Assembly: GCA_964016885.1 (NCBI GenBank)
Contig: OZ024741.1
Span: 42,160,001 to 42,224,000 of the forward strand
Direction of reading: 5' to 3'
From: Eledone cirrhosa
Lineage: Eukaryota
DNA length: 64,000 bases
Positions 42,234 through 56,839 of this stretch are shown here, one piece after another; position 1 is the stretch's first letter; every line of letters starts with the position of its first letter. A program made the translations under genes and the position numbers. The notes under the pieces were generated by a model. That model searched no databases and was not told where the DNA came from. It was given only the letters and a program-made list of their open reading frames with translations.

Positions 42234-42444
42234 TATATATGTATATTTGTCCTCGTGTCCAACGAGGGGTCAGTTTGGAAGAGCCTTCTCCAATATACAG
42301 TGGTGGCCTTAACTGGACCTCAAAACCAATGGTCACACATACATGTTAAGTGTTGGAAACTTCATTTATACTATATATATATACATATATATGTATACTT
42401 ATGAATGAATATACATATATATGTATATTCATTCATTCATCATT

Positions 42445-42772
42445 TCATTTTACGTCCACTTTTTCCCTGCTTGCATGGGTGGGACGGGAACTGATTCTGG
42501 CTTGATTTCTACAGCTGGATGCCCTTCCTAACACCAACCTCATTTACAGTGAGTGCTGGGTGCTTTTTTGCCGTGGCACCTACACGACCACTTTGCAGTG
42601 GAATGATAGGGACCCCAGTTCCTATCATCTCATTTCTACAGCTGAGTAAACTGGAGCAATGTGAAATAAAGTGTCTTGCTCAAGGAAACAACACATCACC
42701 CGGTCTGAGAATTGAACTCACAACCTTTCGATTGCAAGGCCAATGCTCTAACCACTGAGCCATGTGCCTCCA
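42445..42772 (-). mobile_element. SINE family B with RTE-derived tail (other copies 44820-45020 -, 46285-46570 -, 50657-50980 +)
   Basis: tRNA-like head ggcacatggct(c/t)agtggttagagc...gagttcaattc; body ccttgagcaagacactt; RTE-like 3' end cccacccttgcaagcagggaaaagtggacgtaaaatga. Confidence 0.88.
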
Positions 42773-42792
42773 TTATATATATATATATAAAC

Positions 42793-43110
<318 letters not shown>

Positions 43111-43465
43111 CTTTCTCTCCGTCTTTTCTCTAACTGTGCTTAACACTATAACTAAATAATTACTGTACTCTCTCTCTATATAGTACTCCCTCTCTCTTGA
43201 ATCTCTCTATTTGTATGGTGAATTATTATTATTTATCTGTTGCTTTCGGTTGCCTCTCTTTTTTCACCTCCTCCTTCTTTCTCTCTCCCCTCTCTCTCTG
43301 TTTTTCTTTACCTCCGTTTCTTCTTTTTCCCGTCTTTTTTCTAACTGTGCTTAACACTATAACTAAATAATTATAAACACATCACTACCAAAGCAGCCTC
43401 CTAATTTAATGGTCGCTTATATTATGGTACGTCAAAATTATTTATAAAACTGTTTATATATTGTA

Positions 43466-43523
43466 TTTTATCTGACGAAGGCATGCCATATTTTTAATAT
43501 GGTATCCTTGAAATATGTATAAT
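43466..43523 (+). ncRNA. Degenerate hammerhead motif
   Basis: CTGACGA-agg.atgccatatt tt aatatggtatcct-t-GAAA tat GTA; stem I pairs poorly. Confidence 0.5.
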
Positions 43524-43566
43524 GAAATAAATATGGTTTTATAAATATAGTTTCCATTTGTTTAAT

Positions 43567-43632
<66 letters not shown>

Positions 43633-46600
43633 ATACAATAACAGAGATAGTTTAAAGCTAAACTCTGACTGGTAACCATCTCACTCAACAAACATTAGGT
43701 TATATTAAAATATAAACCCAATTTAAGTGTTTGGGGTGCTAACAATATGTATAATGTGGAAAAACCAGTTGTATTATTTTATGAGATATAATTAAAGTTA
43801 AAGTATATCTCTCTTTCCAAATAATTGTTTCATTATAAGTTTTCTACAAGTTTGGGAGAATATTTCCAGTTTATGTAGAAGCCTAATATATATTCATGTA
43901 AGAATATATTTAGGTGGGCACTTATAAATCGTCAGTGGAAGCCCATTAAACATTGATATAAGAAAACAAATTTCTTACCGCTGTCAAAAATCATGTCCAT
44001 ACAGTAGCTCTCTCTCACCTCGAATGACCGCCAAATTTGAAATTCCAGCAGTTTTTGACTGAGGAAGTATCATAGCGACACGAAGCGGGAAGGGGAGACA
44101 ACCCACGAAATGAGGAAAATAATAATAATATACATGCGGGTTAATTAGTTTTTTTGAAAACATTATCAATCCGACGTGTTTAAGAACTCAATTGAAAATA
44201 AAAAAATAAATATATGCTTGTATAAATTACACACGCATATAGATATTTTCTTAGGCTAAATCAGAAGTTGTACCCGAATAAGAACCGCTTCTCATAACCG
44301 CAGTAAATGCAGAAAGATTATATATATATATATATATATGCACCCAAACTTCTCATTCTTAGTAGATGTTGTTAAATAGATGATGATGATGATCATCATC
44401 ACCGTTTAATGTCCATTTTCCACACAAGCATGGTTAGTTGCCCCTTTGTGAGACAAGCCAGGTTTGATGACCATGACTTGCTCATCAAGAACTGGTTTTG
44501 GCTTGATGCTTTTCCTAACTCCAACCACATTCATTTACAGTGTGTGCAGGGTGTTTTTTGTTGAGTCACCTACACAACCACTTTACAGTGTGGGCTGGGA
44601 ACTTTGGCAGGGGAATTGGAGAGGTAGATCTAGGGATGTGTGTGAGGGGTAGGGTGTTTAGGAAAAGGTGGAGTGTTAGGATATGGGAGGTGCAAAAGGG
44701 GGAGAGTTTTTAGGTAGTCGAGGTGTATGGAAGGGGGAGGGAAGGTAGTGCAAACAAGATGTATGCTTCAACCTGTGCACATGATGTGTTTATATATATC
44801 ATCATCATCATCATCATCATTTTACGTCCGCTTTTCCCTGCAAGGGTGGGGCGGGAACTGATTTTGACTTGATTTCTACAGTTGGATGCCCTTCCTAATA
44901 CCAACCTCATTTACAGTGAGTGCTGGGTGCTTTTTTGCCGTGGCACCTCCACGACCACTTTACAGCTGAGTAAACTGGAGCAATGTGAAATAAAGTGTCT
45001 TGCTCAAGCAAACAACACATATATATATATATATGTGCTTGTGTGTTGATATTTTAAAGATTGTATCTATATATATATATGAACACAGTATTAAAAGTAT
45101 CAGCACACACACACAGAACACCAGCAACTGCACACACATGGATGCACAAATATCTGATGTCTGCTGTCGCTAAGGTGGAGAAAGATTGATGAATTTTGAT
45201 GATAGCTTTTGCCTTATGTATATTCTTAAAAACAATGTATATATGCTTTGGTGTAACTAAAAGATAAAATCAGATCACCACAAAATTCCATTCCCTATGG
45301 CAGAAAGTACTCCACTGGCTGCAGGGGTATCCATTTGTAGTTGGGGATACTCCATTTGGAGCCTTGGGCATTTTTAGTTGCAAAACGGCTCTCATTTTCA
45401 TGAGGGGGCTGGGGTAATGGTCCCCTTTGCTCCCCATTAAATCTGACCCTGGGCACCAGTACAACCTCATTACAGCACTAAGTTACTCAGTGCTGGTATT
45501 ATTAGTGCGGTGGATTGGCAGTATCGGTAGAGGGTTGGATGCCATGCTTTCCAGCATAGTTACGTCCCTTTACAGTCTGAGTTCCAATCCCACCAAGGTT
45601 AACTTTGCCTTTCATCCTTACGGGGTCGATAAAATAAAGTACCAGCAACACACTGGCATAATTGCTGGCCTTGTGCCAAAAGCCAAAAATAGAAACAATT
45701 ATTAGTTATCCTTACAAGTCTCAAAATTTCTCCAGATTTTGAAAGTTTGTATTTTGTTTCTTGTATATGTGTGAATATATATACAAGTTTATATGTACTC
45801 AAGTATGGTTGAATAGTTAAAAGTTTGCTGCTCAATCATGAGACCCTGAGAGGGAAACTACAGCATGGCACCTTGGGCAAGTGACCTTGATCTTATCCTA
45901 TGGCTGATCTATGCTTTATGAATGAAATTTGGTAAACTGAAACTGCATGATAACCCCTGTAATTTAAAGTACTTTGTACATTGATTCTCAATCAGGATTA
46001 CATTAAGGATACATGTGGAATAGTCAGCCATCTAAACAATAATTCAATGAATTGGTAGTTCAGTTGATCAAAGAAGATCAAATTACTCATTATCAAAACT
46101 AACAGAGGATCAATTCAATTATCTATAACTTATTTATTTGTGTGTGTATGTGTGTGCATCTGGTTGTGTATTTCTATGTGTGTGTGAGTTTGTGTGTGTT
46201 CGTGTGTGTGTGTGTGTGTGTATGAGTGTTTGTATGTATATGTGTGTGTATATGTGTGCATATATGTGTATGTATGTATGATTATCATATTACGTCTGCT
46301 TTTCCCTGCTTGCAAGGGTGGGATGGGAACTGATTCTGGCTTGATTTCTACAGCTGGATGCTGTTCCTAACACCAACCTCATTTACAGTGAGTGCTGGGT
46401 GCTTTTTTGCTGTGGCACCTCCACAACCACTCTACAGTTGAGTAAACTGGAGCAATATTAAATAAAGTGTCTTGATCAAGAAAACAACACATCACCCGGT
46501 CTGAGAATTGAACTCACAACCTTTCGATTGCAAGGCCAATGCTCTAACCACTAAGCCATGTGTCCTCCATATGTAAATCTATATTATGTATGTATGTGTG

Positions 46601-46777
46601 ATGTATGATTATACAACTGAATACATTAAAATATATATCAATATGGTAATATATATTTATATTTTTGTTTAATTATTCATTTAGTGTTGTTCCTTGCTGG
46701 AATGTTTTCAATGTTTCCTTTGATCTTTCTGACATATAAACATCATAATTTATATGTTGCTTAACTGTACTCCATTT

Positions 46778-46828
46778 CATCAGCACCACCTCCACCACTG
46801 TCACCACCTCCACTACCACCACCACAAC

Positions 46829-46863
<35 letters not shown>

Positions 46864-47300
46864 ACAACATCACTATCACCACCACCATCATCATCATCAT
46901 CATCATTATCACCATCACTGTCACCACCACGACTGCCATTACATCACCAATAATGCAATCACTCTCACTCTAATCGACATTTCCACCATCATCATCATCA
47001 CCATCACCACCACCACCACCACCACCACCACCACTGCCATTTTATCACCAATAATGCAATCACGCTCACTCTAATCATCATTATCACCTTCATCATCACC
47101 ATCACCATCGCCTACACCACCGTCACCGTCATCATCATTATATTATCTTTACTAAGATAATATAATCATCACCATCATCTTCATCATCATTACCACCACC
47201 ACCATCATCATCACCATCACCATCATTATATCATCCTCAGCATAACACTCTAATCATCAGTGGCATCATCCTCCTCCTCCTCCTCATCATCACCATTGTC
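46778..47300. repeat. (CAT/CAC)n trinucleotide low-complexity tract
   Basis: Simple repeat; the poly-His and poly-Met ORFs are artefacts. Confidence 0.9.
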
Positions 47301-47529
47301 AGCCTTTTACATCACTACGTTATCCATAGTCATATTATGAAGGACCTCCTTACTTCATACATCTTCATTTATTTTTCATATACTTCAAACTAGAAAGCAT
47401 TTATCTTCTCTAGTAGTTTCATTAACCTTTAGTATTGAACACTTCTTCCTCTCATGATGAGAAGCACATGGCCATTGGTTTCTGAAGAGTGATATAATGT
47501 GTAATTATAGGATAAAAAATTACCAAAAT

Positions 47530-49230
47530 TCGAGATACAATAAATTTAGCAAAGATCTATCAATGGGGTGAAATAATTTGAGGTTTTCTTTATTCATGTA
47601 AGAGGACATGTGTAGGCTGGAGATAAATGAAGCAACCATGCTTTGTTGGAGGTACAATATAAATGTGAGAGAAAGGCAAAGATTGGATGAATTAAAGAAG
47701 CTAGATTTAAGAGGAATCCAAAGTGGTGTGTGAGAGAAAAAAATGTGTTGGTACGGACATGTGATGTGCATGGATGATGATCGCTGGGTGAAAAAGTGCC
47801 AAGAAATCCCAGTGAAAGGAAGTTATGGTAGAGATAGACCAAGCAAGACATGGGCAGGGGTGGTGAAGGGTGATCTCAAGTCATTGAGACTCACAGAGGA
47901 GTTGACAAGGGAACGTGATATGTTGAGAGATGCTATGCTGCAAAAGAACCCAACCAACCCATGCAAGTATGAAAAAACAGATGTAAATACGATGCATGGG
48001 CTGGACAAATATTTTTAGCACTGCATCTCTCCACATGTCAAAATCCTTCATCATATCCACTGTGAGTTTCAACAATTTAAGATCAGCCCTCACCACCTGC
48101 ACCTAGGTCTTCTCTGGCTTTTCTCTACTGTGACTTCCTTTCACTGGGATTTCTTGGTACTTCTTCACTCAGTGATCATTATCCATGTATATTACATGTC
48201 CATACCAACACAGTCTTCTCTCTTACACACTACTTCTGATTGCTTTTATACCCAGTTTTTCTCTCAGTTCATCCAAGCTTTGTCATTCTCTTACATTAAT
48301 ATGTCACATCTCTTCATTTCTCTCCAGCCTGTGCATATTCTCTGTAGCCACTGCCCATGTTTCAGAGCCATGCAGCATAACACTTCACACACAGATGGCA
48401 TATATCTGACCTTTCATTTGGAAGGAGAACCTTTTTGTTGTCAACAGAGGTAATAACTCTCTTAACTTCTTCCATCCATCTTATATTTATTTTAGCTACT
48501 ATGCTCTCAGAGCACTCTCCTCCACTGCTGATTAAATCACCTAGATAGCAGAAGCTATCAAACACTTCTATGGATCCCTTTTTGAAAAGATTTATATCAT
48601 TGTCGCTGTTACTATCAATTAATGCTAAACATCTACATATAAAGTCTTCTTTTCCTGTTAGTCTATTCATTATCCCACTAAATCTCTTGTGTACCCAAGA
48701 ATTACATTGTGTACATCATATAGAGCATATGCCCACACATTTTGAACATATTGACCAGGGCCATTTCTTTAAAGGAATCATGGTCCTATCTTCTTTCCAA
48801 TTTACTAGCACTTTAGTTTTGGCTAAGTTTACTCTCAGTTCTTTTGATTTCAAATTCTGTTTCCACAGTCAGAACTCAATCGCTTGTTCCATAGTTTCAG
48901 CTATGAGGACTTGATTATCAGTGTCCAGAAGTTCCCATGGACAACCAGTCTTAAACTTCTCTGTTTGGCCTGGAGAATTATAATGAAGGCCGAGCCTTCA
49001 TGAACTCATAACTGTTCTTTGAATTCCTCACTAAACTCATTTCCTACTCTCACTCTACTGACAGCTCCTGTGTACATGATTTGCACTGCAGTCACAAACC
49101 ACACTATAGTACTCTGGGACCTCCACATGATAGTACACTGTTAATGCCTTTTTTAGACCAACAAAAGCTAAATATTCTTGACTAGGAACTTTTCTTGTAG
49201 TTATCTCAGTAGGATGAAAGCATCTGCAGT
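47530..49230. mobile_element. Two old RTE fragments, tail-to-tail (47530-48000 +, 48000-49230 -)
   Basis: CWYGHVMCMDDDRWVKKC...RPSKTW on +; FDSFCYLGDLISSGGECSES and KSKELRVNLAKTKVL on -. Confidence 0.8.
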
Positions 49231-49626
49231 ACTTCTCCCAGTAATTCTCTTCGATACATTCTTATATTTAAAATATATTTATTATTAGCACATAAGGTGG
49301 ATTGGCAGTATCGGTAGAGGGTCGGACAGCATACTTTGATGCATAGAGTTACGGCCCTTGCCATTCTGAGTTCAAATCCCGCCGAGGTTAACTTTGCCTT
49401 TCATCTTTGCGGGGTCGATAAAATAAAGCACCAGTAATGCACTGCATAATTGCTGGCCTTGTGCCAAAAGTAGAAACAATTATTAGCACATATTAAAAAT
49501 TTAGGGCAACAATTTCTGCTTTCATCCTTACACGGGATCTTCTGAAGATTCTATATATATATATATATATATACAGAGCTCATATTGAGTCCTCTCTGGA
49601 TTTTGGTCATTGTATTTATCATTACT

Positions 49627-49824
49627 CAAGGGTTGGCTGGAAAGTTTATAGTCTGACCAAGATACTCTCATGAAATGACCAAATGAGGCTTATTTTACAA
49701 CATAGTTCCTGTAAAGAAACAATGCAGTTGTTAATTAGAAGAATTGAAATTAATGCATGCAAGATTTCACAGCCCTAGCATCAATCCTTCATAGTCAGCC
49801 TATGAACCTTTCAGCCGACCCTTG
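49627..49824. mobile_element. Mariner-type MITE
   Basis: TIRs of about 31 bp, caagggttggctggaaagtttatagtctgac and gtcagcctatgaacctttcagccgacccttg, with TA on the right flank. Confidence 0.75.
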
Positions 49825-49893
49825 TACTAATATATATATATATACAATTATATTTACATACATGCACACAGAATGATCTCTCTATCTCCCCCC

Positions 49894-49929
<36 letters not shown>

Positions 49930-51224
49930 TTATATAAAGGCAATAGAGAGGCTGACTTTGAAAACAGGCACTATTGCAAAGTGGCAATAGTATTACCAAT
50001 TATTCAAACTACCAGATAAGGAGACAGTGCCAAAGATTCAAAGAGCAGCATTCGTTTAATATCCTACGTGAATTGGAATTTTTGGCTAATGTCTCAAAGA
50101 TTTATAATTAGCATTTTTTACTTTTTGATTTCCCAAGAGATAAGTAATACCTTTCTTGCAAATAAGATTAAAAAATTGTCTTATATTCAGTGGAGTTCCA
50201 GGGGATAAGTAGTGGTAGTGTTGTAAGCTGTGATGTATCTGTCAGGCCATACCTTTACACTCCATTTCTTATCAACAGTTGCTTTCATCTTTCTTTCTTT
50301 ATACCAGGCTAACACTGAGTGTGTGTATATATATATACATATACACACACACATATATATGTATAATAATAATTGTTTCTACGTTAGGCACAAGGCCAGC
50401 AATTACCCAGTGTATTACTGGTACTTTATTTTATCGACCCCGTAAGGATGAAAGGCAAAGTTAACCTCGGCGGGATTTGAACTCAGAATAGCAAGGGCCG
50501 TAACTCTATGCGTCAAAGCATGGCGTCCGACCCTCTACCGATACTGCCAATCCACCGCCCTTATATGTATAATAATAATAGGTTATGATATTCAGTGTGT
50601 GTGTATATATATAGGCACATGGTGTATATATATAGGCACATGGTGTATATATATGGGCACATGGCTTAGTGGTTAGAGCATTGGCCTTGCAATCGAAAGG
50701 TTGTGAGTTCAATTCTCAGACCGGGTGATGTGTTGTTTCCTTGAGCAAGACACTTTATTTCACATTGCTCCAGTTTACTCAGCTGTAGAAATGAGATGAT
50801 AGGGACTGGGGTCCATATCATTCCACTGCAAAGTGGTCGTGGTGGTGCCACGGCAAAAAAGCACCCAGCACTCACTGTAAATGAGGTTGGTGTTAGGAAG
50901 GGCATCCAGCTGTAGAAATCAAGCCAGAATCAGTTCCCGTCCACCCTTGCAAGCAGGGAAAAGTGGACGTAAAATGAAATGAAAAAATGAAAAATGAATA
51001 CATATATATATGTGTATCATACTTTTTTTCAACTTTTGGCACAAGCCCAGCAATTATACCAGTGCATTACTGGTATTTTATTTTATTGACCTCGTAAAGA
51101 TGAAAGGCAAATTTAACCATGAGAGAATTTGAACCCAGGCCGTAAAGGGGTGTAACTCTATCCCGCAAAGCATGGTCCTCGACCCTCTAACAGGCTATGA
51201 CATTTCGAATGTGTATATATATAC

Positions 51225-51255
<31 letters not shown>

Positions 51256-51307
51256 CATATATATATATACATATATATATATACATATATATATATACAT
51301 ATATATA

Positions 51308-51898
51308 TATAAGTATGTATACGTACATACATATATGTATACAGACGTACAGTAGTATATATATATACATACATGCACACATATATATATGTACGTATGG
51401 ATTCAGCGAACATTTATTATAATGCTCGGTGTGTTTGTAAACAAACATCCTGAATTAAGCCGTACAGTGTCTAGCAACCATCGTTGCTCATTTGTTAACC
51501 CCTGATAAAGGAACGCTGTATTAGTTTCAAGCTTATTAGCTATCGTCAGCAACGTATACCTTCCTGCCAGATGATTGAACGTCTGAAAGTATATACTTTT
51601 CTTATGCATATTAACGGCTGAGCAGCCTAATTTGCATATCGAGTGAGTTAATCGGCCGGGGTACCGAAAACGATAAACGGAAAAAATGAAACGATTCGGG
51701 TTGTTTGTTTACAAACACACCGAGCATTATAATAAATGTTCGGTGAATCCATACGTACATATATATATGTGAGCATGTATGTATATATACATACTACTGT
51801 ACGTTTGTATACATATATGTATGTACGTATACATACTTATATTTAAGTAACAGCCGTACTAAGAGTGAGAAATGAAATTTCGTTTCATTTTTTCCGTT
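51308..51898. repeat. Fold-back structure (arms about 51308-51455 and 51694-51841) with a second IR (51676-51694 and 51880-51898), in (TA)n
   Basis: gtacgtatggattcagcgaacatttattataatgctcggtgtgtttgtaaacaaaca and its reverse complement. Confidence 0.8.
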
Positions 51899-51899
51899 C

Positions 51900-51944
<45 letters not shown>

Positions 51945-51949
51945 TGACC

Positions 51950-54900
51950 ATGCTGTAAAATGGAGGGGTAGAGAGGGCCCTTGAGTCTAGTAAGACATCC
52001 TCTCTAGTGCTGGTGGCACAAATAAAAGCACCCAGTCCATTCTGTAAAGTGGCGCTGGTGTTGGGAAGGGCATCCAACCAGTGTATCAATGCCAAAATGC
52101 TTATCAGCACAGTAACAAATAGATAGGAACAACAACAAAATATGAAGACGTCGCACATCAGAGTTTCAACACTTAATGTTGGCACTCTCAGAGGTAGATC
52201 TGCTGAAATAGCGGAGATGCTGGAGAGAAGCCATGTGGATGTGTGCTGCGTGCAAGAGGTGAGATGGAGAGGTGCCTCTGCGAGACTAGTCGGAGGCAAA
52301 AATATTAGTTATAATCTTTTCTGGGTAGGTAAGGATGATGGGTTAGGGGGAGTAGGCATTTTTCTGGCTGAGAGATGGATCAATAAGATAATAGAGGTAG
52401 TTCGAGTTAGTAATCGAATAATTAAGCTTAGATTAGTTGTAGGCAGGAGCCTACTGACAATCATCTCTGCCTATGCCCCCAACGGGCCTAGGCAAAGATG
52501 AGAAAGACTGCTTTTACGAGCAACCTTTACAAACAACCGCCATGAAAGAGGGCGGAGACATCGTTATGCTAGCAGGGGACTTCAATGTTCATGTTGGACA
52601 GCTCCAGGATGGTTACACTGGGGTATATGGTGATAACGGTTACGGCTCAAGAAATGAAGATGGAGTGAGACTTCTTGAATTTTGTGATGCAAGTACACTG
52701 ACTATTTGCAACACAAACTTCCAGAACCTGCCAACCACCTAATAACCTACAAATCTGGTGAGCACATAAGCCAGATTGACTTCTTACTAGTTAGGCAGCG
52801 GGACAGGCAGATAGTATCTAATACCAAGGCATACACTGAGGAAGAATGTACCCCACAGCATAGGTTAGTCGTTAGTGATATCTCAGTAAGCAAGAGATGG
52901 AATGAGACATACAGGAAGGTGCGGAGAAGAAAGGTCGAAAGCTAAAATACCTTTCACTGAAATATGAATTTAGCAAAGCCCTTCAAGATGTGTATGACGA
53001 AAAAGAGGACGATTTAGAGACGTATGACATAGATAATAACTGGAATTTCTTACGTGACAACATACTGCAGGTTACTGATAAAACTTGTGGCTGGAGCAGA
53101 GCTCCAGACAGAGAGTGACCTGGTGGTGGAACAGCGCAGTAGATAAGGCCATTAGAGACAAAATACTAGCATGGACGGCTTGAAAAAAGGGTGGGAGTAG
53201 GGAAGAATATGCAGCCGCTAAGAGAGAAGCTAGACGTCAGGTGTACTTCGCACGCAGGGAGGCTGAGAGTAGGAGGTTTGCCAATGTTCTGCAATGGGAA
53301 GATCAGAGGCGTGCGGTGTTCCACATTGCAAGGCAGTGTGTCAATGCAAATCAGGATGTTGTTGCTGATAAATGTGTCCGGAATGATGCCGGTTTGCGTA
53401 GTGTCACGAATGATCAGAAAAAGGAGGCCTGGAAATGTCATTATGAGAGACTGATGAATGTGGAGAACGAATGGGAGAGAGAGAAATTACCCTCAGTAGA
53501 TCCGACAGAGGGACCAGTTATTGAGATTGACGAATATAGGGTCCAAGAGGCGATTAAGGAAATGAAAAATGGTAAGGCTGCTGGACCATCGGGAATAGTT
53601 GCTGAGATGCTGAAGGCGTCAGCGGACGTAGGCACTAAACTTGTTGCACGCATCATAAATCAGGCTATATATGGTGGTGTTATACCCAAAGACTGGTGCA
53701 GCAGTATTCTCATAAATTGCTACAAAGGTAAAGGGGATGCTCTGGAGAGGAGCAATTATAGGAGTATAAAACTGATGGATCAGGTTATGAAAGTGGCAGA
53801 AAGGATATTAGCACAACTAATTAGAGAAAGGGTGAAACTAGATGAGATGCAGTTTGTTTTTGTACCTGGGAATAGTAAAACAGATGCCCTCTTCTTGGTG
53901 AGACAATTGCAAGAGAGGTTCTTAGAGAAAAATAAGCCACTAAACTTAGCCTTTGTTGACCTAGAGTAGGCCTTTGATAGGGTACTCCGATCTGTCATCT
54001 GGTGGTCCCTAAGGAAACTAGGTGTTGCGGAATGGCTTGTGAGGACAGTGCAAGCTTTGTACAGAGGTACTGTCAGTAAAGTCAGGGTAGGAATGGAGTT
54101 TAGTGAGGAATTCCAGTACATCAAGGTTCGGTCCTCAGCCCGCTCTTGTTCATTATAGTCCTCCAAGCCACAACAGAGGAGTTTAAGACTGGCTGTCCTG
54201 GGAACTTCTCTATGCTGACAATCTGGTTCTTATAGCAGAATCAGTAGAGGAGTTAGAGAATAAATTCTGGCTATGGAAACAGAAGTTGGAAGCAAGAGGA
54301 CTGAGAGTGAACCTAGCTAAGACAAAAGTGTTGATGAGTAGAAAAAAGGACAAAACTCTGATTCCGTCAGGCAAATGGCCATGTTCGATATGCAGAAAAG
54401 GAACTGGCATAAATTCTATAAAATGCACACAATGCAGATCCTGCGTACACAAGAGATGTAGCGGGATAGCAGGCAAACTAACAGGTAGGGAGAAATATGT
54501 ATGCAGGAGATGTACAGGGAAATTAGACAGTAGACGTCGCATTATTAGACACATTTTTCAAATGCAGGCGGGTGCTATAGAGGTGGATAGCTTTCGGTAC
54601 CTAGGAGATCAGATTAGCATGGGAGGGGGGTGTTCCGAGGACATAGTATCTAGAATAAGGACGGGTTGGAAGAAGTTTAGGGAGCTGCTTCCTCTGCTGA
54701 CGAAGAAGGGTTTCTCCCTGCGTACGAAAGGCCGGTTATATGATGACTGTGTGAGGAGCGCGATGCTGCATGGTAGTGAGATAGAGGATATGCGACGGCT
54801 GGAGAGAAATGAGGCAACTATGCACCGTTGGATGTGCAGTGTAAATGTGCGTGAACGACCCAGTATAAATGTCTTGAGAGAGAAACTGTGTCTGAGAGGG

Positions 54901-55185
54901 ATAGAATGTAGTGTACGGGAGAGGAGACTGAGGTGGTATGGACATGTGATGCGCATGGAGGATGACCGATGGGTGAAGAAGTGCCAGGAAATGCTAGTTG
55001 AAGGAAGACGTGGTAGAGGTAGACCAAGAAAAACATGGGCGGAGGTGGTGAAAACAGACCTCAGATCGTTGAAGCTCACAGAGGAGATGACGAAGGACCG
55101 TGACAAGTGGAGAGATGCTGTGGTGAATAAGACCCGTCCCACCCTTGCAAGCAGAGAAGAGCGGACGTAAAATGATGATGATGAT
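51950..55185 (+). mobile_element. Near-full-length RTE LINE (5'UTR, APE, RT, (TGA)n tail), multiply frameshifted
   Basis: APE: STLNVGTL, VQEVRW, SAYAP, GDFNVHVG, IDFLL; RT: GKAAGPSG, FVDLE*AFDRV, RLRWYGHV, GRPRKTW; tail gacgtaaaatgatgatg. Confidence 0.92.
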
Positions 55186-55223
55186 ATATATATATATATA
55201 TGATGATGATGATATATATATGA

Positions 55224-55297
<74 letters not shown>

Positions 55298-55568
55298 ATA
55301 TACGAATAAATAACGAAAATATGTTTATTCAAAAATATAGACCAGCATTAAACATGGTTTCATATACATTATGTCAACACAATAACATGCTAACCATCCA
55401 AACAGACACATACACACACACATAACACCTACTTTAGAAAATAAAAACCCGAACTAAATAAACCTTAACATACGTTTGCGCTGACCATACAACAGAACAA
55501 ATACGAATAAGTAAGGAAAATATGTTCATTCAAAACTATTTCTACTAACGGAATCATTTTCCTACACA

Positions 55569-55666
<98 letters not shown>

Positions 55667-56119
55667 ATATATATTCTCTTCATCTTAACATGCTAACCAT
55701 ACCCCAACACACACATAACACGCCATACACACACACATAATACACCCCCACACACACACAACTCCCTCCCCTATTTCTACTAATAGAATCACTTTCCTAC
55801 AAACATACACACACACAAAATATATATATTCTCTCCATCTTAACATACTCCCACCCACACACACACACACACATATACACGCACACACAACTCTCTCCTC
55901 CATTTCTACTAATAGAATCATCTTCCTATACACACACACAAGCAGACAAATAAAGATACATATCTCTATTTTCTTCATTTCAATAGAAAGTCTGAATTCT
56001 GACACCCCAGCGAACCAGCCATATTCACTGAACCAGAACAATTCTCCCATCCCATTTCTCTTGACCATTATCATTTGTTTGTCATAACATTCTCTAAAAG
56101 GCTACAAAATAAATTCCCA

Positions 56120-56410
56120 AATACGGGCGCGAAATTTAATGAACTTATTCACGTGACAAAAATAATTTCATTTATAACCAAATCAAATTACATTTATAAA
56201 AAAAAAGCCTTCGTGAGCCCCTTTTTTTAAAGTAAAAAGAAATTCAAACAAACTGGCGCGAAAGCTGATGTGCTTATTCACGTGACTACATCAACCAACC
56301 AAAATTCACTCATATGTGAAAAAACAACCTGAGCCCCCCCCCCCTTGTTTGAAGAACTTTGTAACGCGAACTGGCGCGAAATTTATTATACTTATTGACC
56401 AACCAATCAA
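56120..56410. promoter_or_regulatory. Three-unit array (about 120-130 bp period) of E2F-like GGCGCGAAA with CACGTGAC E-boxes and CCAAT
   Basis: ggcgcgaaa at 56126, 56255 and 56373; cacgtgac at 56150 and 56279; ccaat at 56403; CpGs retained in a CpG-poor background. Confidence 0.4.
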
Positions 56411-56619
56411 ATTACTTCTCTAAAAACCTGGCGTTTCGAGCCACTTTTTTCCATATAAAACAAGTAACATTCTAAGAGCAACCAGATGTGAGAAAAACCA
56501 CAGACCCTCCATCTCAACTCTACTTTTGAAAAGCAGAAGAACTGCGAAACCGGTAAAGGAACCAAATAAATATATATATTTTTTTAAAAATAAGACTCCA
56601 GTTGCATTTTCGATTTCAT

Positions 56620-56721
<102 letters not shown>

Positions 56722-56803
56722 AGTTAATAAATGAAACAAATAAAACACAAAAGGAAATTTTACACAGTTATATTAAGTTCACGCTTGGTGGAATTGGAGG
56801 AGA

Positions 56804-56839
56804 TTCCAACGTTTCGGACAGATGTCTCTCTTCAGGAAA
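56804..56839 (-). ncRNA. Minimal hammerhead ribozyme with loopless stem III, in a solo pLTR-like segment (about 56722-56880)
   Basis: tttc-CTGAAGA-gaGACA tc TGTCc-GAAAC GTT-ggaa; palindromic AACGTT. Confidence 0.75.

Noticed and set aside
46673-47074. Poly-His and poly-Met ORFs
   Set aside because: They are translations of a (CAT/CAC)n tract.
50657-50730. tRNA gene
   Set aside because: It is the tRNA-like head of a multi-copy SINE and runs straight into the SINE body without a complete acceptor stem.
55300-55990. CRISPR-like repeat-spacer array
   Set aside because: The context is eukaryotic, the units are degenerate, the spacers are (CA)n-rich and no cas genes are present.
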